Positions 48,578 through 59,354 of a DNA stretch of 64,000 nt are shown here, piece by piece (within the stretch, counting starts at the first letter, position 1; each line of letters starts with the position of its first letter). The notes beneath the pieces were generated by a model, which did no database searches, was not told the origin of the DNA, and saw only the letters and a list, made by a program, of their open reading frames with translations. A program made the translations under genes and the position numbers. This DNA comes from a virus. The stretch lies in IMG/VR virus record IMGVR_UViG_3300025000_000007, positions 1 through 64,000 of that record, one strand, 5' to 3'.

Positions 48578-50797
48578 TCACAATTCAGTATTATTCGCCT
48601 CTATATCGTTTGCCCCGGCGAATAAAAATTTCGTGCCCGTCATACCCTTCGCGGTGTTCCCGGCAATCACATTATAATTCGACGTTCCTGCTGTTTTGAT
48701 AGCCTGCCCCGGAAATCCTCCTGTATCGATTATTGTATTATTCTGCATAATGACATTTGATATATCTGTAATCAGTATCCCAGAATAACTGTGGTATGCA
48801 TAATTACAGTCTATGATGGTATTATTTGAAATCACCATTGAGTCCGGGGTGAACGAATTTGCATCTACTGAGATACCATTCCACGACGCATTATAGATAT
48901 TATTTCCTTCGATTACTACATTTGAGTGATCCTGATTTAATTTTATCTGGATGGCATCATACGAAATATTGCTAATGTGATTATTTCGGATAACTAACTG
49001 TTTAAACGCTTCAATGTGGTATTCGTCATCCAGGAATACAATCCCATAGTCTCCACCGTTCTGATAATTATTCTCAATGAACAGTTCCTCATCGATGCAC
49101 CAATACGCACCCTTATACAGACGAGAATTTGCTCCCCCATAAAGATAATTGTCAGTTATGATGTGAACTCCACCGTCTATGGTCCCTCTACGTTCTACTG
49201 CTCCGTTTCCTCCATAGATTCTATTATTTCTAAATGTGGAATATTGTGTCCCATCCCAGAATGCAACAGTTGAACCTACGGGCAGATACATAGTATTATC
49301 GACTACATCCATATCGATACACATATTATGCGCGTCAACACAGCAGGACGTGACTACAATAGCGGCTGTCAGGATATTATTATGTACGGATACTCCTCGG
49401 ATAAGTGAATTTCTCTCATCTGTATTCATTGTTATACAATGTCTACAATTTTCCACATGATTTGAATATATTTCAGCATGTGCAACGCCCGACCAGATCC
49501 CTATTCCATATCCAGACGCTCCGCCAGCTGTTTTTATACTGTCATATACATAATTGTTGAACAGTCTGACATTATATGATGAATATACTGAGATCCCTGC
49601 AAGCCCTGCGTTTTCCACCCGGCATCTCGATATTGAACTATTGACACAATATCTAATAGATATCCCGTTATGGACCCCGGTTTCGTCTGCGTCAAATATT
49701 CTTAGATTTTCGATGTTGACCTCTACGGGTCTGTATACGTTTACTTTCGGAGTGTCGCCTGTCGCATAATCACGCAATAAATTTTCAGTTAGTGTTATAT
49801 CGTTGCCTGATACACTCTTAACGCGATACATTTCTCCTGTTAGTTGATCGTCGTAATCATCGGGGCAGTACAATACATTTTTCCAGAGTTTGATTATATC
49901 CCCTGCCTGAACGTATGCGCCGTTCGATACTTTAATAGTATTGTTGCCAGCGACTGATGTTTCAGTTACGGATAGGTTTTCAACGATGATCTGTCCCTCT
50001 AAATAAAGCCCGTTTGTTGTCCCTGCAACTACATTTTTATTTATAGTCACTTTCCCTAACCCAATTATATTTAATGATTTCCCGGCACATGATACTCTCC
50101 CAGTCCAATTATAAACACCAGGCAGGACGTAGATAGTAGTTCCCCCATCTGCGGCAGCGAAAGCCTCGCCCCATTTGACATGATCAGATGTTCCTGTGCA
50201 TTCATATGCTGCGCCAGATCCTGAAGTCCCGATTGTAATTCCCAGAGCAGCGTCACTGTTTATGACAGTCCCCCCCCCTCCTGCAATTTCGATCCATTCT
50301 ATGTTATCAGATAAAAATTTAGTACCTGTGCCCTCTCCTGTAGGGCATAATCCAGGATTGCTAGTGGTCGCATTTAGCGTAGTTACATTATCAGCCACGG
50401 CGAGTTCGGTTATTTTTATTGCATCTATCCCATCTGATTTATGGCTGGCAGCGTGGCCGGTGGGGTATCTATTATCCGCCAATCTGACATCGTTTCCCTC
50501 GCATGCCGTCCCAGCAGTAGTCCCAAATGTCACCCCTCCGACCCCCTCTGGGACTCCCCATGTGATATCATCCCTGAGATATTTTGTTCCGGTCCCCTCA
50601 CCCTTTGGACATAGTCCATGTTTTGTTGTGCTGGAGTCAAGGTCAGTGATGTCGGTAGTGGTGCCGAGTTTATCGAGTGCAATTACATCAGTACCCCCAA
50701 ACTCATGGGCTGCTGAGTGGTCTGGTATGCTGCTTAGCGCGGCCTCAAAATCCACGGCATTCAATACAATTTTACATTTTCCATCTACGATAGGCAT
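48578..50797 (-). CDS. Tail spike/receptor-binding protein with beta-helix depolymerase-like domain
   Basis: Last gene of the tail operon; duplicated N-terminal H..H..G.D...GLCP.GEGTGTK.L.D..W unit, then PbH1 repeats. Confidence 0.75.
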   Translation of the reverse strand: MPIVDGKCKIVLNAVDFEAALSSIPDHSAAHEFGGTDVIALDKLGTTTDITDLDSSTTKHGLCPKGEGTGTKYLRDDITWGVPEGVGGVTFGTTAGTACEGNDVRLADNRYPTGHAASHKSDGIDAIKITELAVADNVTTLNATTSNPGLCPTGEGTGTKFLSDNIEWIEIAGGGGTVINSDAALGITIGTSGSGAAYECTGTSDHVKWGEAFAAADGGTTIYVLPGVYNWTGRVSCAGKSLNIIGLGKVTINKNVVAGTTNGLYLEGQIIVENLSVTETSVAGNNTIKVSNGAYVQAGDIIKLWKNVLYCPDDYDDQLTGEMYRVKSVSGNDITLTENLLRDYATGDTPKVNVYRPVEVNIENLRIFDADETGVHNGISIRYCVNSSISRCRVENAGLAGISVYSSYNVRLFNNYVYDSIKTAGGASGYGIGIWSGVAHAEIYSNHVENCRHCITMNTDERNSLIRGVSVHNNILTAAIVVTSCCVDAHNMCIDMDVVDNTMYLPVGSTVAFWDGTQYSTFRNNRIYGGNGAVERRGTIDGGVHIITDNYLYGGANSRLYKGAYWCIDEELFIENNYQNGGDYGIVFLDDEYHIEAFKQLVIRNNHISNISYDAIQIKLNQDHSNVVIEGNNIYNASWNGISVDANSFTPDSMVISNNTIIDCNYAYHSYSGILITDISNVIMQNNTIIDTGGFPGQAIKTAGTSNYNVIAGNTAKGMTGTKFLFAGANDIEANNTEL

Positions 50798-50809
50798 GTT
50801 TTTAACCTC

Positions 50810-51037
50810 TCATTCGATTGCGTAATAATTTCCTCTTCCGTCGGGAATTATTGTCGATCTATCCCCGTCCGTCGCGTTGGCCAGTTTCAGCAGGCAGTAA
50901 TCTCCCCCGGGCATCGGGAACAATAGGACGTTGTCGCCGGGGGCTGGATCGCTCAGTTTTTGAAAGACATAGTGTCCGTCACTTGTGGGGAGCATGACTC
51001 CCTGGGACCCTTCTACAATTTCAGTTATGGCCGTCAC
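50810..51037 (-). CDS. Small tail protein with internal triple repeat
   Basis: Three LP..DG.Y-like units. Confidence 0.5.
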   Translation of the reverse strand: MTAITEIVEGSQGVMLPTSDGHYVFQKLSDPAPGDNVLLFPMPGGDYCLLKLANATDGDRSTIIPDGRGNYYAIE

Positions 51038-51076
51038 AGTAATCCCCGGTTCCGTCGCCTGCGATATATTTCACGG

Positions 51077-53677
51077 TCATGATAGCCGCACCGTGACCAG
51101 TTTGCCGGACGCAGTTTGCACAACAGCAGTACCTGCCACGTCATCTTTCGACAGAATGGTGCACACTTCAGGGGTCAACTGTTTTTTGACTGTATCCTCT
51201 ACAATACTCTGTACCGTGCTTGTTGTATCGTCCGACATCGGTTTGAGATACCCAGGCGCGATATACTGATTGTAGGGAGCCAGGACAACAGGATCGGCGG
51301 ATGAATAAATATAGTCAGAAATTGCCTTTATTTCGCAGGTTTCTGTCATGTGCGAAGAGCGATAAACTATCCGTGAAATCCGTAGCCAAGACGGGCGTGG
51401 GACTCCGGAAACATCAATCATGTGAGTACTGTTCGCTTCGTCCCTGGGATCGTAGGCGACCACATAGGGGAGCTGGACGGAGTTAGTAAGGTTCCGGAGT
51501 TCCTTTTGAAACCCTGAGCCAAATCTGATGCGTTGATAAAGTTCAAGATCGAACCGGTTAACAAACTTCATTGTCACAGTTGCCCTCGGGGCTGCAAAAT
51601 AGAGGAGCCATTTTATAGCCTCGGTCTCGGCCGTGCTTTCCCTTTCCTCGATACTGTTATCATTGACTATATACTCCCTGGGGAGTTCCAACCCCTCGTA
51701 CACTGCCGGGGTATATGCAGCGGCAACGGTAGTTTCTCCGGTACTCGTTATCGTACCGTACACTATCACCGTATTGTATTTTTCATCCTGTTCTCCGGCA
51801 ACCTCCGGATCATTGATTATCGAGGGATCAGGCGCTACAAACTCTATCGGGTGGGGGAGGTCAAACCCTCCATAGGTTTGATCTATATCTGCTGCATGGA
51901 CTAGATACAGGGTGGGGGAAAGGACAGGGTGAGTATCAACAATATATTCTTTTATTTTTATGTTCAGGATCGACCCAATGTACTCCGCTATTTTTTTTAT
52001 TGCATCGTACCGGCTGGTCTTTGGGTCAAAAATAAACTGCCTGTCTGGGGTCCCGGAATCAATTATATTCCCTGCCCTTACACCCGTTTTTGATGTCCCG
52101 ATTAATTCCGAAATCCACAAATCCCATGCAGAAAACGCGCCAGCGAGCGAGATCACCTGATAATTCCAGGGTATTTTCTGGACTGAGAGATTCCTGGACT
52201 GATCCGCTGCAAACATTTTCGCAGTGTTTCCCAAAAAGTGAATGGAGGGGGTGACTGAGATCACTTTTCCGACGAAAAGCAGCGTGCCATAAACGGGGAG
52301 AGAATAATAATCATCAGTATACACAGGGTAGCCGTCGTCTGTTTCCACCAGATACCCATCTGCAGTATAGAGCGGGAACTCGTCTGGGATTTCCGAGGTC
52401 ATAACCGGGAAACCATCATCAGTATAAATTGGATATCCGTCCTCAGTGTAAATCGGGAAATTCCGGGCAGACTCCAACGCATCGTGAGCGTAATATTTGA
52501 CCGTGGACCCTTCGCCCTGGACAACATCGTCGGCAAATTCGGCTGATAGTTGAGTATATGCGTCTGATATCGCTTTTGTAATCTCGCATGAAATCAAAGA
52601 ATAGTCCCTGAGCTCGCGCCGTTCTATTATCTCTCCGTCCACCGCTGATACTGATACCGAAACATTGTCGGTTATTTGATCAGGTTGCCCGATCATAAAC
52701 CCGGATGATACTTTTATTGATACAGTATCAAAAAAATAATCTTTTACCGAACTTTGAGTAGAAACAACCACGGCGGCAGCGTCTGAAAAATAATCACTCT
52801 GCTGCAAATATCCGTTTTGTGTTTGAATATATTTTTTATTAAGTGAGATTACCGGTTCAGTGGCTGCATATTTCCGGACCCTGACCCAATCCGCGCGGAC
52901 ATATCCTGCCCCATAATACGCATAGATCTCAATCGGTAGGGCTCCAGATCCCGGCGGGGTGGTCGTGATGGTTCCACGGTAGGCATAATTGACATAAAAC
53001 CGTGGGCTGTTGAGTACATGAGCAACCCCATACACATTATAGGCAGTCCCCGACCGGTTCACACCGTCGTCGTCCCAATCTCCGGAACTGCCACTGTGAG
53101 CAAAACGGTGATCTGTCAGGAGACTACCTGCCGCCCCCTGCCATGCTGCGGCCTTTTGGGTGCTATCGTTTCGAAAACCGAGTGGACCTCGCTGTCCAGA
53201 TTGGTGTGCAGCTCGGATTTCAACCAATGAGTTGAGGGGGAATGTGTTTTTGCTCTCGATGTATCCACTAAGAGAGGAGTGCTGGAGGGTTAATATCGAA
53301 TTTGATACCGTCCCCCCACTGCCTCCGATGGTCCAGAGTGCTGTATTTATGGTCGTTCCCGCGAAGTCGTCCCAGAAATCGAACACATCTGCCCCGGAAC
53401 TTGCAGATTGTACGTTTCCGTTGCCATAATACATGTATATCCGGCTGTCGTTTGCTGGCAACTTGACCCAAAATTTCGCGGTGGAGAACGCGGTATAGGA
53501 CTCTCGATAATGTTTTAGTGGGTTTCCATGTTTGTCTGCAAACCTAACATCACGAAAATCTAACCTCATTCCGGGCAAAAATCGCAGATTGAATGATGCC
53601 TGAAACCCTGCGGTACTGGGTGGGTTTTGAACCGTTAATGAATATTTATATTTCCACAATTGATATATATTTGTCAT
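51077..53677 (-). CDS. DUF2341-domain baseplate hub/Tal-like protein
   Basis: DFRDVRF...FWVKLP...IYMYYGN...VFDFWDDF (DUF2341); C-terminal tail-hub-like region. Confidence 0.7.
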   Translation of the reverse strand: MTNIYQLWKYKYSLTVQNPPSTAGFQASFNLRFLPGMRLDFRDVRFADKHGNPLKHYRESYTAFSTAKFWVKLPANDSRIYMYYGNGNVQSASSGADVFDFWDDFAGTTINTALWTIGGSGGTVSNSILTLQHSSLSGYIESKNTFPLNSLVEIRAAHQSGQRGPLGFRNDSTQKAAAWQGAAGSLLTDHRFAHSGSSGDWDDDGVNRSGTAYNVYGVAHVLNSPRFYVNYAYRGTITTTPPGSGALPIEIYAYYGAGYVRADWVRVRKYAATEPVISLNKKYIQTQNGYLQQSDYFSDAAAVVVSTQSSVKDYFFDTVSIKVSSGFMIGQPDQITDNVSVSVSAVDGEIIERRELRDYSLISCEITKAISDAYTQLSAEFADDVVQGEGSTVKYYAHDALESARNFPIYTEDGYPIYTDDGFPVMTSEIPDEFPLYTADGYLVETDDGYPVYTDDYYSLPVYGTLLFVGKVISVTPSIHFLGNTAKMFAADQSRNLSVQKIPWNYQVISLAGAFSAWDLWISELIGTSKTGVRAGNIIDSGTPDRQFIFDPKTSRYDAIKKIAEYIGSILNIKIKEYIVDTHPVLSPTLYLVHAADIDQTYGGFDLPHPIEFVAPDPSIINDPEVAGEQDEKYNTVIVYGTITSTGETTVAAAYTPAVYEGLELPREYIVNDNSIEERESTAETEAIKWLLYFAAPRATVTMKFVNRFDLELYQRIRFGSGFQKELRNLTNSVQLPYVVAYDPRDEANSTHMIDVSGVPRPSWLRISRIVYRSSHMTETCEIKAISDYIYSSADPVVLAPYNQYIAPGYLKPMSDDTTSTVQSIVEDTVKKQLTPEVCTILSKDDVAGTAVVQTASGKLVTVRLS

Positions 53678-54063
53678 GCCTGAGCCTGCACAATTGCGTA
53701 TATGCTTACTCCTGTGATGCTTTGACCGCTTGCATTGACAACTTTCACTTTCACATACTTCCCTGCCCTGTTCATCTGGACCAGGCCGCTTATCGTCTTC
53801 CCAGCGGCCACCGCGATATCGTAGGAATCTACAGCAACATCATTAGCACCGATGGAAAACGCAGCATTTGCCCCGGTTGGGTCGGCATACAGTTCAATCC
53901 TAACGTAGCCCGTAGTTGTTGCAGACGCACTGAATGCCATCGAGAAACCAATGGAAAAATCAATAGCTCCGGACAAGTTAACACTATTAGCTGAAACTGC
54001 CGGGGTACTCGTCGTTATCGTGGCATTTGAGATAAGAGTTTGAGGTGTTTTTGCAAGTGCCAT
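53674..54063 (-). CDS. Minor tail protein
   Basis: Beta-rich, Ala/Thr/Ser-rich; within the tail operon. Confidence 0.55.
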   Translation of the reverse strand: MALAKTPQTLISNATITTSTPAVSANSVNLSGAIDFSIGFSMAFSASATTTGYVRIELYADPTGANAAFSIGANDVAVDSYDIAVAAGKTISGLVQMNRAGKYVKVKVVNASGQSITGVSIYAIVQAQA

Positions 54064-54438
54064 TTAAGCCCTCGTGAATGGGATCGTAACTGTAAATTCA
54101 GCAGCATCACCGTCTGAGTAATTGCGGTTTGCAGCCAGTACCCTCCTGTACAGGAGATGCCCTCCAGAAGGGGCATCAAAAATACCCACCTCCCTGACTG
54201 TAACATTGCCGGAAAATGAAAACAGCGCATTGAAGGAAGCCGTGCCTGGGGAGGTATAAGCACACGTTGCCTGTTTCCTTGCTGCGCCTAGTGTTGTGTT
54301 TTCAGCTCCAAGTGATGTGTTAGATGTGGACTCGGCTGTTGAATCGGTGCCTATAGCGATATACGTAAATTCACTATCAACTAATCCATTAAGGTTTTTT
54401 GCAATATATTCCAGTCCCGTGTTTGTGATCGTTCCCAT
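54064..54438 (-). CDS. Minor tail/fibre-collar-like protein
   Basis: ITNTG...YIAIGT...L.AE...VREVGIFDA..GG.L pattern. Confidence 0.65.
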   Translation of the reverse strand: MGTITNTGLEYIAKNLNGLVDSEFTYIAIGTDSTAESTSNTSLGAENTTLGAARKQATCAYTSPGTASFNALFSFSGNVTVREVGIFDAPSGGHLLYRRVLAANRNYSDGDAAEFTVTIPFTRA

Positions 54439-54782
54439 TAATACTCATCCGCCTGTCTAAATTCAATCGAATATGTCCATACACCAGACCCTTCAGCAAC
54501 TTCCCAGATATCTGAAATCTGATACACATAACATCTAAAATAACTCGCTCCGTCTACAATCAAAGTTGAATAATACTCATTTATCAGGCCCTCGACTATC
54601 GAGAGCTCGGAATCCGTTTCAGCATAACAAAAAAAAGTTTTGGGGAATTGGATTATTTTTGTAGACCGTGAAACGTGAATATCTCCAGAGAGCAATTCGG
54701 TTTCTTTTGTTGCTCGTGAAAGCGTTTTTTTAGGGGTCTGCCAGTTTCGTAGAGATACCCCCGCAAATATCACAGTACTCAT
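54438..54782 (-). CDS. Distal tail (Dit-like) protein
   Basis: Position directly after the tape measure gene; size. Confidence 0.5.
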   Translation of the reverse strand: MSTVIFAGVSLRNWQTPKKTLSRATKETELLSGDIHVSRSTKIIQFPKTFFCYAETDSELSIVEGLINEYYSTLIVDGASYFRCYVYQISDIWEVAEGSGVWTYSIEFRQADEY

Positions 54783-57520
54783 GAGAATATCCCCTTCCTG
54801 CGCCTGTCGTCAGCAATTGAAGATTTTACCGCGTTGATTATTGCCTGCAGGTCGGAATCATTTCTGACATAGTTTGGCCCGATCGAATACCTACTTCCCT
54901 CATAATTTGTTGATGAGTTTGATACACTTGAAACGTTTTTAAGTCCGGTACTCATACCAGAATCAAGCGGGCCCCTTACACTTGAAAGCGCACTTGAGAG
55001 GGGGGTTGATAGTTTCCGAATAGAGTTTATGGATTTTGTCAATGGATCAAGAAATATAAAATCCCAGTTCGGGAGCTCTTTAAACGGTCCCTCTTTCGCG
55101 GGGCTGTTGGGTAGGAGCCTCTTAAGGCCGCTTGCTGCTTCAGCGAGGGAAACTTTGGCTTTTGTTCCGGCTGATGAGATCGCTGTTGATAAAGATTTAC
55201 CAAGAGAGGATGCTGAAGAACTTGACAGACTAGATAACGAGCTGCTTATACTTGCCTGCGCCCCGGACACCGCTGATTTAATTTTATTGACCTGCGCCAC
55301 TGCTGAATTATACAAAGTACTAAGCGCGTTAAGGATTCCATCACTTAGGGATTTAACAAAACTGGAACCAACCGATGATAAATTTACACTGAGTGCACTT
55401 TTAATGGCAGTTGGTATACTCTTAACTTTTGTAATTATATTAGTCGCTGCCGTGATGATCAAATTATATATATTGTTCCATTGAGTCCGCCACGAGTTAA
55501 GTAAACTAACGACGGCCGAGACAATTGAATTAAAAACATTCCTCAAATTATTATATAACGATGTGATTAGACTGTGCAAAGTGCTAGATGCTGATGAGGT
55601 AGCACTATTAAAAATATTCCAGTTTGATCTCCATGTATTGAGAAGGAAACTAACGGATGATATAATTAAATTGAATATGTTGCGAAGTCCATTATATAGC
55701 CCCGTAGCAACTGAAACTATCATTCCTGATATAGTCGAGTACGCATTTTTGAGTGCGTCCCATACCACACCAAACTGTTGTTTTAGAGTGGAAACACTCA
55801 TTATAATAGCGTGCCATGTATACTCAAGCTGTTGCCAAAGTGCGTTTGCCTGAGACTTGAGCCATGCCCAAGCAGCAGCAGCTTTTCCCTGAATGTCCCA
55901 CCAATTCTGAGTCCATGCGACAACAAGGAGACCAACTACAGCTATAATTGCAAGGATCGGTATATTTATTGCTGCTAATACCCCTGCCATTGCAGGTGCT
56001 ACCCCTGCCAATACGCCACCGGTTGCAAACAGAGCAGCGAACGCGCTGAATGCTGTTGATATTGTCCCGACTGCTGTTATTACTGATCCAATTATTATAA
56101 GGAGAGGACCAAGAGCCGCGATAAATGCAATGAATCCGAGGATTACAAGTTTTACAGGCTGTGGAAGTGCGTTAAATCCTTCTGCGATGCTTCCTATGAT
56201 TGGGATAATATATTCAAGTGCAGGGACTAATGTATCAGTTACAAGCGGGACAAGAGTATCTTGAAGAATCGGTATGAATTTATCACCCATTTCTATAGTT
56301 AATGAGGCGAGTGTGGCTTTTATTTCATTGAGTGACTGTGTGGAGGTTTCCGACATCGTTGCATATGCTGCACCCGTTGCCCCCATAGAATTACCCATCT
56401 CACCCAATACACCGGTGTATATTCTTCCCTCATCGGCAGATAAAGCCAGTATAGCATTTCCGGCTTCCTGAGATCCAAAATAATCCGACACCCTCGCTTT
56501 CGTATCTCCAAACTTAACCCCCATCATTTCAAGTGCCTGTTCGATGGTTCCCCCGCCTTTTCGGAAATCGTCAAACGTTTGACCAGTCAAATCTTGGAAA
56601 TCGAGTGCGAGAGCTGAAGTTGGATCTGACAACTCAAACATTGCCTTTCCCATTTCTTCAGCACTTGGGACAGTTTTCAACATCCCGTCGTTCATTATTT
56701 GAATCGCTTGATCTAAAGTGCCGCCGGATGCTATAAACTCAGGGAATGATTTGCCAGAAAGTTCTTTAAATCTGTCTGCTGCGACGGACCCCTCTTTAGA
56801 TAGTTCTGATAATAACTGTTTTAATTGAGTCGTTGCCTCACTGGTAGGGATGCCTTGCAATGTCATGGCTGCAAGTGCGGAAACAATATCTCCAAAAGGT
56901 ATTTTCAGAGATGCAGCAACCGACCCAACGTTTTTATAAGAATCTGAAAGTTCTTCAATTGTTGTTTTCCCTAGCCTCATGCCGGTAATCATTATATCTG
57001 ATGCTTGGCCGGCTGAAATTACATCTGATCCATAAGAGTTTACAACACTTGTCAGCCCGTCCACTACTGTAGTAATGTCTGTAGCTCCGGCTATTGCAAG
57101 TTTTGAAGCGACTGTTAAAAAATCAAAAACGTTATTAGGGGGGACACCTGCGCTTAGAGATTGATATAGAGCAGGAACTACAGTTTCAGGGAGAATCCCC
57201 ATTTCTTTTGAAAAATCAAGAACGTCCTGAGTCATTGAATCCATTGCTGACTGGGATGCATTTGGCAGGAGAGTAAAAACCTCAGCCATCGACTTTTCAA
57301 AATCAACCGCCTGTTTGGTTACAAGTGCGATTCCTGCACCGGCTGCAAGTATAGGGGCAGTTATTCCGGCAGTCATTCCAGCACCGGCTGAACTCATGCT
57401 TTTGCCAACACTGGAAAGTTTTGTACCAACGTTTCCAATCTCGGTCTGAACTTGAGCGAATGTTTTGCTCAGTTCTTTCATGTCTCCGATAATGGATACG
57501 ATTAGTTCACCGACTGCCAT
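54779..57520 (-). CDS. Tail tape measure protein (TP901-like)
   Basis: 913 aa; FE..M..V, ALYQ..SAG and GKTT..EL core; hydrophobic middle; Trp-periodic repeats; PNSPAKEGP. Confidence 0.92.
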   Translation of the reverse strand: MAVGELIVSIIGDMKELSKTFAQVQTEIGNVGTKLSSVGKSMSSAGAGMTAGITAPILAAGAGIALVTKQAVDFEKSMAEVFTLLPNASQSAMDSMTQDVLDFSKEMGILPETVVPALYQSLSAGVPPNNVFDFLTVASKLAIAGATDITTVVDGLTSVVNSYGSDVISAGQASDIMITGMRLGKTTIEELSDSYKNVGSVAASLKIPFGDIVSALAAMTLQGIPTSEATTQLKQLLSELSKEGSVAADRFKELSGKSFPEFIASGGTLDQAIQIMNDGMLKTVPSAEEMGKAMFELSDPTSALALDFQDLTGQTFDDFRKGGGTIEQALEMMGVKFGDTKARVSDYFGSQEAGNAILALSADEGRIYTGVLGEMGNSMGATGAAYATMSETSTQSLNEIKATLASLTIEMGDKFIPILQDTLVPLVTDTLVPALEYIIPIIGSIAEGFNALPQPVKLVILGFIAFIAALGPLLIIIGSVITAVGTISTAFSAFAALFATGGVLAGVAPAMAGVLAAINIPILAIIAVVGLLVVAWTQNWWDIQGKAAAAWAWLKSQANALWQQLEYTWHAIIMSVSTLKQQFGVVWDALKNAYSTISGMIVSVATGLYNGLRNIFNLIISSVSFLLNTWRSNWNIFNSATSSASSTLHSLITSLYNNLRNVFNSIVSAVVSLLNSWRTQWNNIYNLIITAATNIITKVKSIPTAIKSALSVNLSSVGSSFVKSLSDGILNALSTLYNSAVAQVNKIKSAVSGAQASISSSLSSLSSSSASSLGKSLSTAISSAGTKAKVSLAEAASGLKRLLPNSPAKEGPFKELPNWDFIFLDPLTKSINSIRKLSTPLSSALSSVRGPLDSGMSTGLKNVSSVSNSSTNYEGSRYSIGPNYVRNDSDLQAIINAVKSSIADDRRRKGIFS

Positions 57521-57523
57521 TTT

Positions 57524-57796
57524 TTACCTCGAAACCTGCCAAGCACCGTTCTTTATTGCTCCATCTGGATGCAATTCTTTGAATTTATCGACACTTATTA
57601 TTTTTTTATCGTCGCCTGCTATCAATTGGCCAAGAACTCCAAAAAATACCCGAGCGTCTGTCTTTTTAGCTTCCCACCCGTACCGGTGATACAAAACCAA
57701 CTGATCCAGACTGCAAAAATCAAGGAGATAATCCGGTTTCGCCCAGGAAAACATAATTCCGAGCTGGGTGATTATCTCCCAAATACTTAGTTTTTT
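57524..57796 (-). CDS. Tail assembly chaperone, -1 frameshift extension (gpGT-like)
   Basis: The -1 frame is open from the slippery site AAAAAAC into the ORF ending at 57524. Confidence 0.75.
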   Translation of the reverse strand, partial: KKLSIWEIITQLGIMFSWAKPDYLLDFCSLDQLVLYHRYGWEAKKTDARVFFGVLGQLIAGDDKKIISVDKFKELHPDGAIKNGAWQVSR

Positions 57797-58167
57797 GAGT
57801 ACCCGCCTTCTCCGGGGCTCGTCTCTGCCCCTACGCCGGTGTTGTTCACGGAGGCGAATACATATTGTACAAATGCCATTAATGTCCCTATGTCGACGTT
57901 GTTAAGCATCCATTCTTTTGTCACTGTTTTGTTAGATCTCTGACAAACCATAGAAACGATATCAAGAGTATCGCCCAGGACATCAAGGTCCAGAGTTTCA
58001 TCAGTCATGGATTCCATTTTTCGGACATCGTGCTTTTTTGAGAAACTGATAAATTCCAAAGCTGCACGAGCAGGAATAAAAGTTACATCGACTTCTTCCC
58101 CTCTTAGTTTTGCGATTCGTTTTGGAGGGGAAAGGATGTCGAAATCTTTTAGCAGGGAATCACTCAT
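57787..58167 (-). CDS. Tail assembly chaperone (gpG-like)
   Basis: Between tail tube and tape measure genes; ends TCA AAA AAC TAA. Confidence 0.75.
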   Translation of the reverse strand: MSDSLLKDFDILSPPKRIAKLRGEEVDVTFIPARAALEFISFSKKHDVRKMESMTDETLDLDVLGDTLDIVSMVCQRSNKTVTKEWMLNNVDIGTLMAFVQYVFASVNNTGVGAETSPGEGGYSKN

Positions 58168-58970
58168 GCTGTAACACCCTGTTCATCAACAATTGTAAAG
58201 AGTTGTGCTCCGGCGGTTAGGGTGGGGTCACATACACCAATCAGGGTAATTTCGGGCATCATTGGCTCATCTCCATCATCAGCCGGAAATTCAAGTTTTA
58301 TCCCGCCTTCTGTGGTTGCACTGTAGACAGTTATCTCGAATTTCTTACCGGCTGAATCGGTGTTGGTGAGTCTCACAACTTTAGGAGTAATTGTGTTAAG
58401 TCCACCTGAAGAAAGTGATCTGGATGCAGATGGTGTATACGTATAATTAATCTTGATGCCTTCCCCGGTTGAAATCACAGCAGACGCGGAAACCCTGGCA
58501 ATACATGTCCATCCCTCCGAATCCACATACAAAACATAATCAGTATTCTGTACGGCTGCATTGTCTGATGCGTCCGTAACTGTGACCCCTGTAACAACTG
58601 TCCCTGCCCCGTTCTTGTGGTCGAGTCTTACGCCCGTTGTCCCTGTCAGTGTGTGCGTTTCCCCGGTGACCGCAGTTGAATCTCCTGCGACGGCTGCATA
58701 GGTATCCATCCCGCCCCTGAGAGTATTCAGGTTTGCGAGGTTGACCTCCATGATCGAAAATGTCACCGATGCTTCATGATTTCTAACAGCTATCTGAGAT
58801 TTTGGGGCATTATCTGGTGCCAGATAAACTACATCGAATTTTTCCTCGAATTTGACTCCCTGTGCTGCTCCCAGGTTGACAAGTGATCCGACTGTCGCGC
58901 CTACTTCCACTTTTGCAGATCCAAACCGGATTTGATTCGAATCCTGAACTGTTGTTTGGTATGTAGTCAT
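58164..58970 (-). CDS. Major tail (tube) protein
   Basis: I.FGSA.V...NLGA..G...E pattern; position in the module. Confidence 0.75.
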   Translation of the reverse strand: MTTYQTTVQDSNQIRFGSAKVEVGATVGSLVNLGAAQGVKFEEKFDVVYLAPDNAPKSQIAVRNHEASVTFSIMEVNLANLNTLRGGMDTYAAVAGDSTAVTGETHTLTGTTGVRLDHKNGAGTVVTGVTVTDASDNAAVQNTDYVLYVDSEGWTCIARVSASAVISTGEGIKINYTYTPSASRSLSSGGLNTITPKVVRLTNTDSAGKKFEITVYSATTEGGIKLEFPADDGDEPMMPEITLIGVCDPTLTAGAQLFTIVDEQGVTA

Positions 58971-58979
58971 TTTTAGACC

Positions 58980-59354
58980 TCATTTTTTATAAATAACTTT
59001 GAAATCGTATGGGATGTGATAAACTCCAGTTTCCGATTCATATAAATCAGGAGCTTCCAGAGGGATTATTCTGATAATTGTAATACCACTTATAGTGCCT
59101 GCATAGCCATCCAGAGCAGTTTCAACTACCTGTTTGAGATTTTGGCACTCTAAATAATCTTCTGTCCAGCAGGATATCTGAAAACGTGGCACTCCGGCAA
59201 TCTGTTTATATTTGTTTGAAATTTTTGAGAATGATAACGCAGGTAGTGCGCAATCCAGCGGCAGGACTGCCGGATAGACACGAGTACCTACGAGCGCATA
59301 AACGCCTGAATTTGCTACCAGGATTGCTCGAACTGCCTCGTCTATTGTGGTCAT
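58980..59354 (-). CDS. Tail terminator (DUF3168/gp17-like)
   Basis: LVGTRVYP..LP...P, RFQISCW and ALDG motifs. Confidence 0.8.
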   Translation of the reverse strand: MTTIDEAVRAILVANSGVYALVGTRVYPAVLPLDCALPALSFSKISNKYKQIAGVPRFQISCWTEDYLECQNLKQVVETALDGYAGTISGITIIRIIPLEAPDLYESETGVYHIPYDFKVIYKK

